A stretch of DNA of 62,872 nucleotides, filler included, from 15 parts of 15 records of this genome joined end to end with filler, not necessarily neighbours in it; one strand, 5' to 3'; shown: positions 51,977 to 62,411, counted from the first letter of the whole stretch. Notes: generated from the letters alone by a model not told the origin. Translations and numbers: made by a program.

Positions 51977-52176
51977 GGACGCCGCGGGCAACAAGGTGGA
52001 CCAGGCGCTGGTGGAGCTGCATAAGGTGACGGCGGGCCGGTCGGGGGCCGACGGGCGGGCAGACCAAGGCGTATAAGGATGCGTACGATAAGAAGAAGTG
52101 GTGCGTCATCATCAGCTGTGTGGTGCTGTTGCTGGTCGGCGGTGTGGTGCTGTATTTCGTGCTAAGAAAGAAGTAG
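51977..52176 (+). CDS. C-terminus of a syntaxin-like SNARE (partial)
   Basis: VDQALVELHK|TKAYK..KKKWC followed by a tail-anchor TM helix. Confidence 0.65.
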
Positions 52177-52452
52177 AGAACGCGGTTTCCTGTCACGCTA
52201 TACTCCACTAATAAGTTGATACATCGCAAACTGCAACCTCGATCATAAAAATACGTACTGTATTACTGGTACGAGTACTCTTACTCGTACCGTACAATGT
52301 CATGTATGAGTACAAGTAGATGACCAAGCTTACATGTAAGCTCCGTAATACTACATGCGCCTCTCGCAGCAGTGAAAAAAAGTTTTATTCACTTCATGCG
52401 TGCACGAGGCGGACTTACCGTACATGTATTAGGACTTATCTCAGGTTGTTGA

Positions 52453-55400
52453 TTATTTTTTGATGTCGATTTGCAGCTCGTAGTCGTCCAACGAATCGGA
52501 AGAACTCACCCCAAACCCAAACCTCAGCCCGACACGAGCCGTGCCACCGACGCTGAGCTCGACCGCGGGCTGACGCAGCATGCGGACGCACTGGTGCTGC
52601 TTGTCGGACATTGAGCGCAGCGCCAGTTGGTCCGAACCGATGTTTCCATACTCCAACCACATCACAACCGCATCGCAACGGCCCGTATGAACCACCTCGC
52701 TGTAACACCATTCCGAGCACCGAGCAGGGAGCTCGTCGCTGCCGAGCTCAATTCGGGCCAGCTCGATCGGCGTTGTGAGCAGTTGGTGTTTGTACTGCCA
52801 CATAGGTAAGTTGAGGTCATGACCGTCCAGCCTGGCTGCTTGTGCAAACAACTGGTGGTCAAACCCACACACTTGCTCCGGAGGACTATAACTGGCCTGG
52901 GCGCCGTCGAATTGCACAAGGCAGGCCACCACACTGGCCGAGCTGGGCACCACCAGGGCGTCCTGCCTGACCAGCCCACGCCGCTTGAGCGCCCGTGTCG
53001 TATAGAAGAAGTTGAGCGCCTGATGGATTGGCCAGCCGTCTAGCCGCTCATAGTAAGGCTCGCCCATGACGATATCAGCCGGCCCTCCAAGCACGTGTTC
53101 TAGCTGCAGCTGGCTGGTGCACTCGACCGCAGTCACGCGGAAACATTCCGGGTCTGTGACACCGTTGGCTTCACATAGCTTGGCTGCGAGCCCGAAGGCA
53201 GCATCCGAGCTGCGCTCCAGCGAGGTCACGCATGTGGCACCCAGCGACGCCGCGAGGAGTGCGGCCACAGGCCCGTTAGAGACGTCCAGACAGCAGGCGT
53301 CCTTCCCGCGCGCCCCAAGCGCGTGCTCGATGCCGGTCCTCAGCGAGTTTAGCCGTTGGAAGTCGTTGAACTGAAGCACACGGGGTGGTGCAACCTGGAC
53401 GTGCGACGAGGCGTCGGGTTTGGTTTTCTTGGCAGCCGGCGGCCCGGCCCGAGACAGCTTGAACTGCACCTCTTGGTCGGTATGCGCCACCACCAGCTCA
53501 ACCTGCCGCTTTGAGCCCTCCAGATCGAGCTCCAGCGTGCTCTCGACGTCGAGTGGGTAGAGGGTCTGGGGCCAGTGGTCCTGCCAGTGGTCTTGCTGGC
53601 CGTGCCGCGTCGAGTACCATCCGGCTGATCCGATCTCAAGTTCCCACCAGGTCAGCACTCCATGGACCACCCCGGCGCCGGTCGCCTCGACCGAGACCGA
53701 AACCTCCCGGCCCGCCTCTGGTGGCAGCGCTTCGGCAGTCCGAAAGTCAAACTCGAGAGCCACCAAGCCCTCACTCAAGGCGACTGTGCCCTTGCTAAAC
53801 AACTCCTGGGCATGCAGCGGGACTGCGGTCGACTCGGCCCACACAGGAAGCACCAGCCCGTGCGCCGCGGACTGCACTGAGCTGTAATCCGCCGCTATGC
53901 CTCCTCCGACGAGCTGAGCGTACAGCCGGGCTCGACTGGGAATCACAGTCGCGCCTGGCAGTAGCAGCCGGGCCCACGCGTCCCGGAGCGTGGGCAGTAT
54001 CCCTTCGCCGATCAGCGCGTAGTCGAGCAACTCTGAGACGCACAGGCTGGCCTTGTGGTCTCGAGAGACTTGGTTGCTCTGAGCCGCCAGCACCTGAATC
54101 GAGCGCTGCAGATTGTTGGCATCCACAAGCTGCTCTGCAAGCTTGGCCATTGGGCCTGCCATCTCGCAAGCCACGACCCTTGCGCCCACCGAATACGGGA
54201 CTGACGGCTGGTGCCACCCGGGACGGCAGCTGGCCGCCTGCATGGCAAGCAGGCCGGTGCCGGTGCCAATGTCGAGCACGGCCGCCTGCTCGTCTGGCGG
54301 CTCATCTGTCAGGCCCTCCACGGCTTGCTTGATCGCGGCCATGTACATCTCATTCCGCCTGTCACATCATCAGCCTCAATCTGGCCGCCCGCAGCCACCT
54401 GGCGTCGTTCAGCATCGGCAGCATCCATCGCTTGGTCCGAACATGCCGCACAACTGCCGCGTCCGGCGAGGTGTCGCGGTCCCATATCAATCCTCCGTTG
54501 TTCGGATCAAGGCGGCTGACTAATGTAATCAACTCGGGATCGCCCTCCGCTGGAGCAAGCTCGAGCATGACAACTTGATTCAGCCCGGCCGCCTGCAGCC
54601 CGTGCTGGATCGATAAATCGCTCTGGACCAGCTCGCGCCAATCGATTGGGGGGCCGGCGTGATCCCTCCTGATGCACGTTGGCAGGTGGTAGCTGTTAGA
54701 ATCAAAGTATCGAAAGGCAGTTGCCTCCCAGATGGCCTTGTCCGATACGTCGATATCCATCGGGCTGAAATCGCAGTCGAATCCGAGCCCGGCCAGCTCC
54801 ACCTTGATCACCTGCCAGAGCTGTGAGCACCACGAGCGAGCAAGACCGAACACCTCACACGCCACACCAAGAAAGAAGACGTTGTCTGAGATGCCGTTGA
54901 AGAACGAATACATGCCTCCAGGTCGGACCAACTGCCGTCATCCACACTCAATCCCCGCCATTAGGCGTGCCACCGTGGGTAAATGCTGGTGAAACTCCCG
55001 GAGGTGCCCGACGTCGTCAAAAGTATCGAAAAACACCGAGTCAAAGTCACCCACAGAGTCAACCACATCCTGCCACCGGGCGAACACGATCCGCACATTC
55101 GGCTTCTTGTCCCACCCGTCCCGGATCATCTTGGCGTGCACCTCCCCCCCCGCTCCCAGGCTGTTTGACTGTCATCTCACCTGCGGGTGCGCCTCGATGA
55201 TGGTATGAGATCGAGGCGAGAGCTCCTGTATGGCCGTGTCGATCAACCCCATCCCAAACCCGATGTTGAGCACGTCCCCGCCCGCCCGGCACAACTCGGC
55301 AGCATGTTGTACCATCAGCGGCCCCTCCCAGGCCATCATCACCTCGCCCACCCCTCGCGCCGGCCCGGCAACCACACCCACCCCTCGCTCCTGATCGTCA

Positions 55401-55834
55401 ATCAGGTCGCCCGTATCGTAGCTCACCCGCCGCCCCAGATAGCCCGTCTCCTTGCTCGGCACCAACGAGCCCCGCCGCTCGCCTTTCTCCAGCGCGGCGA
55501 ACATCAGCTCCGCCTGCCCGCCGGTCACGCCCCCCCCGAATGGCCAGACCTGCACCCCGGCAGTGACCAGTCGGTCGACCACCGCCTGGTGTCCAGCTCG
55601 GAGCGCATGGTCCCCGGCGCACCGGCCGGCCCGGTCCACCGCGTTCCAGGGCGCACCGCACCCGAGCAGCAGCTCCACCGCGCCCATCTCGCCAGCCCCG
55701 GCCGCCAGCATCAGCGGACTGACCCCATCCGACTCGCGCTGGTGGTGCACCGGCTGCCCGGCCGCCAGCGCCGCCCTCAGCCCGTCCAAGTCGCCGGCCG
55801 CCGCCGCTGCAAGCAGGCTGGCACAACAATCCAT
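52453..55834 (-). CDS. Fusion of ankyrin-Rmt2 arginine methyltransferase and PRMT7-like double-domain methyltransferase
   Basis: Rmt2: GAPWNAVD, VMMAWEGPLM, VLNIGFGMGLID, HTIIEAHP, RWQDV, FFDTF, YSFFNG, YHLP. Continues in frame to PRMT7: SRLDPNNGGLIW, MLNDAR|RNEMY, VLDIGTGTGLL, VSELLD..LIGEG, WQDHWPQ, second module FNDFQR..MGEPYY. Confidence 0.88.
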
Positions 55835-55897
55835 CGTGCGTTCGGGGGCGATAACTGAACGGATTCACCCTGGCCGGGCAGGGAAGGGACGGGGAGG

Positions 55898-56644
55898 ATG
55901 GGCAAGCTGTGCTCCAGCGAGCCGCAGGACGGGCTGCTGGCGCTGGACCGGACGGCCCGCCAGCCCAAGCGGTCCAATCCGAACAAGCTGTCGATCATGC
56001 TGCTCGGCGAGCCCGGGGCGGGCAAGACCGGGATCGTGCGCCGGCTGCTCCAGCGACAGCTCCAGGACGAGCCGATCCCGAGCTCTGGCGTGGAGTACGA
56101 CCAGCTTCGGCTCCTGCTCGACGGAGCCTCCTGGGCGCTCCAGCTGTGGGACGTCCCCGGCAGCGTGTTGGCCGCCCAGGGCCGGAACTGCTCCCCGCCG
56201 CCGTATGCCAGCTGTGACCTATTTGTTTTGGTGTACGCGGTGGACAGCGAGCGCAGCTTTGAGCGGCTGGAGGAGTGGCGACAGTTCGCTTTGGCTCAGA
56301 TCCCGGAGGATCTGCGCGAGAGCGCCACGTTTCTGGTGCTTGGTAATAAGGCGGACCAGTGGTACAGGTGGTCTGCCGGCCTGGGCGAGGCCGGAGCCGG
56401 CAGGGCAGGCGGGAGGTGAGCCAGCAGGACGTGAAGAGCTACTGCGCGCGGTGTGGGATCGGGAACGAGGACATTCCGATGGATTTCGAGACTGGGCTCG
56501 ATCAGCAGGATGCGCCGTACCCACACACTAGGCCGGTAGGTCCTGGGCTCGGCCGGGCCGGAGGGCGGGTCACAGGTGTTCCAGGCGGTGCTGCGGTCGG
56601 TGCTCCGGAGATGGGCGCAGCTGGGCTGGGTCGGGGTCAAATGA
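55898..56644 (+). CDS. Divergent Rab-like small GTPase with N-terminal acylation motif
   Basis: MGKLCS; G1 GEPGAGKT; G3 WDVPG; LVYAVDSERSF; G4 GNKAD; 2 introns; no C-terminal Cys. Confidence 0.8.
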
Positions 56645-57005
56645 AACTGTTAGGGGGGGGGNNNNNNNNNNNNNNNNNNNNNNNNNNNNNNNNNNNNNNN
56701 NNNNNTTAATTAATTAANNNNNNNNNNNNNNNNNNNNNNNNNNNNNNNNNNNNNNNNNNNNCCAAGAGCCTCAGAGGCCTTGGGATGGGCACGAAAATTC
56801 ATACGCCCGCAAACGCCCTACGACCGAGTCTGAGCCCAAGCCGGACTGTTCTGCCGCAAGGACGCTCTGAGAGCGTTCAGCTGAACGCTGGAGCGCTTGT
56901 GAACGACAACAACAACGAACCCACCTAGGCAGCTTGGCAGTGGCTGCAGGCGCCGGGCAGTGCGACTAGTGCGAGCGGCGGAGCCCCACTGACCGGGCGG
57001 GTGTC

Positions 57006-58276
57006 ATGCCCTGTCGGGATCGCACCTCCGACTTCCTCAAGGCGCGCCCGCGCTGCCCCCGGCCGCCGGCTGAACCGGCTGGGGCAGGCTACTCAGCTGA
57101 TCCAGGCGGCCCGGCCGGCAGCAAAGTCGATCGCCCCAGTCAATGCGGCCAAAAAGACGAGTTTCTCGATCCAGGCCGCCAACATCCGGGCCGCGCTCGG
57201 GGCTACCACCTCCAAGCTCCAGAAGCTGGCCAAACGTGCCGGCCGGGGCCGGGCGGCGGGCTGAGCGAGGAGGGCAGTGGCGTCGAGCAAGTCGTACGCG
57301 TTCGGGGACCCGATCAAGGACGTGGACGAGCTGTCGTTCGTGATCAAAGAGGACATAAAGCAGCTCCAGGGTGCGGTCCAGCAGATGCAGGTGCCGTCCG
57401 AGAGGGGCTGCCGTCAGCGGGCTGGTTCAGGCCGAGCTCAAGGCGCGGCAGAAAGGTGGGACGGACAGCAAGCAGGAGCAGGAGCACTCGGAGACGGTGG
57501 TGGGCAGTCTGAAGGCCAACCTGGCCTCGGCCACGCAAGAGTTCCAGCAAGTGCTGATGACGCAGGCTCAGGTGACTGCGCCAGCCGGCCTGCCCGCCAG
57601 CCCGTGTCGGCAGAGTATGCAGGAGAAGCAGGAACGTCGGGTCCAGTTTAGTGCCGCCGGCCAGGGCAGCGGACCGGGTGGGCTGGCGCCACCGCCTGCG
57701 CTGAGAGGCGTGGACAGGGATGAATTTCCCGAATTCGGGGATGCGGCACCGAGGGGGGATGATGTTGCCAGGGTAGGCCCAGGCTGCGCGGGCGGGCCGC
57801 TGAGGCCGCTGGCAGCACTTCAGAGGCGGTGCCGTTGTTGGACGAGGAAGACGACGAGGGCGACTCGACAGTGATCGACATGAAACAGCTGGTCGAGTTT
57901 GCCAACCCGCAGAATGAATACCTGGAGGTGCGCCGCACCGAGGGGTGAGCTCAGCCGAGGGGCAGTCGCGGGCGATAGCGGTCGAGAACATTCAGAAGAC
58001 GATGCTCGAGCTCGGGCAAGTGTTTGAACAACTGGCCATCACAGTGGAGCAGCAGGTAGCCCAAGCCTGCACAATGGCCGACTGAGTCGGCCTGGGCAGA
58101 AACTGCAGATGGAGACTGTCGATAGGAACATGACCGAGGCCCAGGTAAACGTAACGGACGCGCAGAACATGTGGATTACTTACCTGGAGAGCATCTCGTC
58201 TAATCGAATGCTGACGCTCAAGGTGTTTGGTATTTTGATAACATTCGCCTTGTTCTTCATCGTGTTTTTGAAATAA
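57006..58276 (+). CDS. STX5: Syntaxin-5 / Sed5 (Golgi Qa-SNARE)
   Basis: N-peptide RDRTSDF; TSKLQKLAKL; ELSFVIKEDI; SRAIAVENIQKTMLELGQVFEQLA; SISSNRMLTLKVFGIL TM helix. 7 introns. Confidence 0.95.
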
Positions 58277-58658
58277 AAGTACTTACTGCTTAGTGGTAAA
58301 GTTGTTACTATCTAATTAAATCTAGATCTATAGTCTATTAATTTACTATAACGTGAATTGAGTCTCTTGATCTATATCGAGAATTCGGACTTTAATTAAA
58401 TTCGTGTATTGGAATAACAAATGGGTATTGTGCACCGTGTGCACGAGCTTGTTCAATCAATTAAGGCTAGGCTCGGGCTGCAGCTAGTGTAATCTAGTCC
58501 AGACCTAGTGATGAGGCAACAAAATTTGAGGTCTAGGTCTGGTCTGGAAATCTTAGCAGCTAGATCCGCAATTGCATCCGTCATTTGGAAATCTAATTAT
58601 ATAGTACTTGTTGTATAGACTGGTCTTGAGGCGTTACTGATGATCCGAACTCCGCCGA

Positions 58659-60686
58659 TCAGTTCTGCCGATCTTGGAACCAGTCTTCCCGCTTCTTAGG
58701 TGAAGTCTTCACCTTCCCCTGTGCCAGCTCGAGGCCCCGTGCCATCAGATCCACATCGTTCTTGTGCCCCAGGTGCTTCATCACAATCCTCGTATTCTGC
58801 CCCCAAAGCTCAACAGCCGGCCCCGCGAGCTAGTCACATTCGGGTCTGTCAGGGGCAGCCAGCCCCTCCCTGAGACACACCGCACAAACACTGCTTGCGG
58901 CCCTGCCCCCCGCGGTCAGCTGCTGCCAGGTACAGTGCTGGCACCCTGGATCGCAGCATCAGCGATGATCACTTCGGGAGCCTGCGGCCCCTTGCCATCT
59001 CCGTTCTGACCCAGCCACTCAGCCCCATCCGGACAGATGCGGCAGCACCTTGTCTGCGAAAGCGGGTGAGCCCCTGTAGCCTACGCCAGGCGGCGGAATC
59101 ATGCATTGGTACACTCTTTGCCCAAACTCAAACGAATCGTCCAGCCCAAGCTTAGTGAGTATCGACTTGTCCGTTGGGGCCGCGGCTGGCTTGGACAGCA
59201 GCAGCTTGTTGGCTGCCTCGAGCTCTTCGACTCTCGCCTTGAGTGCAGCGTTATCGGATGCCATTCCGCCCATGCTGTCCTGCAGCGCTTGGTTGAGTGC
59301 CTGCATCTTGACCGCCTCGACCGGATCCATGCCCCCGGCCGGAGACGACTCGGGCTTGGCCGCTGCTAGCTGTTTATCCATCGCGGCGTTTGCTGCCTCA
59401 AGTTCGGTGATCCTCTGCTGGAGGGCCTGCTCCTTGCCGCCGTCGATGCTCGGGGTGGACACCGGGGTGCTAGAGCGGAGCTTCTCCACGGTGTTCTTGA
59501 GCATATCCCCCTCGATCCGTTCGTGCTGCAGCGCCACCTCCGCAGAGGTTTTGGCCGCATCCAGCTTTTGGATCTCACCCTCGAGCACAGCCTTCAGCGT
59601 CTCCTTCTCGGCCTTCTCCTTGGCGGCCTCATTCTCACTCTCGCGCAGCAGCAGCTTACGGGCGCTTGCGTCGGTGGAGGCTGTTTTGTGTGCCTGCCGA
59701 AGGTCTTCTTTCTCCTGAGACAGCTTCTCCACCTCGGCAGTCAGCCTTTCTATTTCAGCCTGCCCGGTGTTCTGCACCACAACCGGCGCCGCCTGCTGCG
59801 AGGCCTCCAGCCCGGCGATCTTCCGCCGCAGAGCCGACCGCTCCGCAGAGCTCTCCTCCAGGAGTGTCATTTTGGCCGCTCGCTCGGCCGCAATCTCCTC
59901 CTGCAGCTTTGTGGTATCGAATTGATTGGCTCGGAGCAGCGCGTTGTCCCGCTTCAGCCCGGTCAGCTCTTGCTGCAGGCTCTCTACCTCCTGCGACACC
60001 GGCACCGGCTCTTTTGGCAGGACTAGACCGTCTGTGGCAAACGGCGCTGGCTGCCTGACAGCCCTGCGTGGGCCCTTGGCAGCGAGGGCGCTGAGCGCTT
60101 GGGCTGTCAGGTGGGGCGGGACCCGGCTAGTCTCGGGGGTCGGGTGGTCGGAGGCGAGCAGCCGGAGCTGCATCCGGCGTGCCTGGGCTGACTGGCCGGT
60201 GGTGTCGTAACCGAGCCGAGCCAGCTCGGCCGCCACCCGCTGGTCTGGCATCTCGTCGATCGCGTCCGGAACGCTGTACGGCCCCATCGGCTGGCCGGGC
60301 ACGTCGGACCCGATCTTGCTGGCCCGAACCACTGCCGGCACCTGCGCCGCCGGCTCGAACCAGCCTGTGGCGCGCCTGGGGCACCGAGAGCTGGTCGAAG
60401 TGGCGCCAGCGGCTGCCCATGTTGAGCTCCCGGGCAGTCGGCGGGGCAGGCCCGGCCTGCGAGGCCAGCCGCCGCCTGTTGTCCGGCACCGGGTGCGAGG
60501 CGGCGTCCCGCGGGTCCACCCTCCCGTCCAGCCAGGCTGCCCGCCGACTGAGCCCCGACCGGCCAGGCTGGAGGTACCTTCCACCCAGTTGACCTCGTGG
60601 TTGCGACCGTCATAGCAGTAGCCGTCGTCCCGCCCGTAGTAGGCGCCAGGCGTGCCCGTCGTCCAACCAGTATTGTCGATCGGCAT
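58659..60686 (-). CDS. Long coiled-coil protein with C-terminal SH3-like beta domain
   Basis: 5 introns give a continuous frame; heptad region about 59150-60000; tail GVGYRGSPAFADK..FVRCVSGRGWLPL. Confidence 0.65.
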
Positions 60687-60791
60687 GCTCGTCGATCCGA
60701 TCGAAGCGCGCTGGCCACGAGTCGTAACGGCCTGGCTGCCTGGCGCAGGTTGTTGCACACCAGCAGCTTGGGTGCCGTGATGCGAGCTCAA

Positions 60792-62411
60792 ATGCGGGTG
60801 GACGCTTTCTTGCTTCTGGCCATTATGCTTGCGGGCTGCCACGGCTGGGCCGACATCGCTGGGGCTCTGAGCTACAAGGGCACCCACCACGTCTTTCAAG
60901 GCTGCCCGGGCCAGGGCGGCTGGCACCACGCAGCCTCGCAGGATCTGGTCTCTTGGGTTGATCGCGGGATCGCCCCCAAGGCCATCCCGGAGAGTTACAA
61001 GGGCATGTCCTCCAACACGTCGCCCTGCTCCGGGTTTGTGACCGTGGACGACCAGGGCACCCCGTGTGCTGGATTCAGGCAATGCGGCTCGAACAAGGGC
61101 ACCACGCAACTCAACCCGGCCGCCCACAGCTGGGATGTGCCCCTGGAGCTGCGCTGCGCCACCAACGCTGACCTGACCGAGTGGGGGGCGCCCGATTACA
61201 TCTTCCCGGTCTACTACTACCGCGGGCTGCCGTACGACCCGACCCGGCCCTGGAAGGATCGGGATGGCTTGTGGTACGCCACCATATCCACCGACGGTTG
61301 CAACGCCACCAGCCGCAAGGTGCCGTGCGCGGCAGGGGGGCAGCTGGATCTGTGGGTGTCGGACGCGCTGCACGGAGAGAAGGCCAACTGGCGGCACATC
61401 GGGCCAATGTTCACCTCAAACCGGACTGCGCTGACTGGCCACGGCGACTCAAATATCGAGAACAGGGAACTGGTCACCAGCGGCTACTTCGGGAGTATCC
61501 CAGGGGACCCGACCGGCCTGATTCGGGTGGTGACCAACAATGAGGCCAGCGGCACAGGAGCAGGCACCACAATGTTCTTCCTTGGCCGGCAGGGCAATGG
61601 CAGCGGTTTTGTCGATCTGAACGGCGGGACTAGCTGGGCGCGGCCCGGTGAGACAGGAATGATCGACTGGGGCGCCTTCACGCCCAACGGAAGGCCTGGG
61701 GCAAAGGGCCTCGATGCGCTCAAAGGTGGCCAGTCGCGCGGGCAGTCCATGGCCAGGACGCTGGGAGGCGACCCCAATCAAGTGGCGGTGCCCGGTCGGC
61801 GAGTGATTGTCGGCTGGGTCAGTGGGCTGTGGCAAGCCCAGTCGCTGGCCCAGGAGCTAACAATCGGCCCTGATGGGTTCCTGATGCAGCAGTATGTGTC
61901 GGAACTGACCACGCTGCGGACAGGCCAGCCGATTGCCCTCGGGAGCAGCTCGGTAGAGGTTGGCCAGCAATTTGAGGCAGTTGTGACCATCCCGCATGCG
62001 AGCAACGGAACTGGCGGGGTGCTGCTGCTTCAAGACAAGACGGCGCACACGGTGGTTGGAGTCGACTTCGACCGTGAGCTCGTGTTTGTGGACGCCACCC
62101 TCCAGGGCAATAAAGTACGGCGTGCAGGCCCGATGGGCGTATCGTACTTGGCTGGCAACGAGGTAACTGCTCACATAATTGTGGACCATTCTTTGATCGA
62201 GGTGATTTTCAACAACCAGACCAGTCTTACTGTGACTGTCGAGCCATCCGAGACTGCGATTGGAGCGTCGGTGTTTGGGGCTGCACGAGCCAGTGGATGG
62301 CGGCTCAAGACTGCCAACGACAACGGTGGCGGGGCTCAGGCAAGGAAGAAGCTGCCGAGCTGGCAAGTGCCACAAATCCACAACGTCCCCCCGTGCCTGC
62401 AATACTCGTAA
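60792..62411 (+). CDS. Secreted GH32-like beta-fructosidase, apparently circularly permuted (alternative ATG 60780)
   Basis: Signal peptide; GWADIAG, WHHAASQDLVSW, CSG, YDP, RRVIVGW, QSLAQEL; beta-sandwich IIVDHSLIEVIFN. Intronless. Confidence 0.85.
   Translation: MRVDAFLLLAIMLAGCHGWADIAGALSYKGTHHVFQGCPGQGGWHHAASQDLVSWVDRGIAPKAIPESYKGMSSNTSPCSGFVTVDDQGTPCAGFRQCGSNKGTTQLNPAAHSWDVPLELRCATNADLTEWGAPDYIFPVYYYRGLPYDPTRPWKDRDGLWYATISTDGCNATSRKVPCAAGGQLDLWVSDALHGEKANWRHIGPMFTSNRTALTGHGDSNIENRELVTSGYFGSIPGDPTGLIRVVTNNEASGTGAGTTMFFLGRQGNGSGFVDLNGGTSWARPGETGMIDWGAFTPNGRPGAKGLDALKGGQSRGQSMARTLGGDPNQVAVPGRRVIVGWVSGLWQAQSLAQELTIGPDGFLMQQYVSELTTLRTGQPIALGSSSVEVGQQFEAVVTIPHASNGTGGVLLLQDKTAHTVVGVDFDRELVFVDATLQGNKVRRAGPMGVSYLAGNEVTAHIIVDHSLIEVIFNNQTSLTVTVEPSETAIGASVFGAARASGWRLKTANDNGGGAQARKKLPSWQVPQIHNVPPCLQYS

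Noticed and set aside
8035-56761. Regularly recurring TTAATTAATTAA flanked by Ns, resembling a repeat array or element ends
   Set aside because: Identical 100-nt synthetic joiners with stops in all six frames; not biological.
2161-58276. Frameshifts and in-frame stops suggesting pseudogenes, recoding or an alternative genetic code
   Set aside because: Every break I checked resolves as a GT/GC-AG mini-intron, and TAA, TAG and TGA all serve as real terminators.
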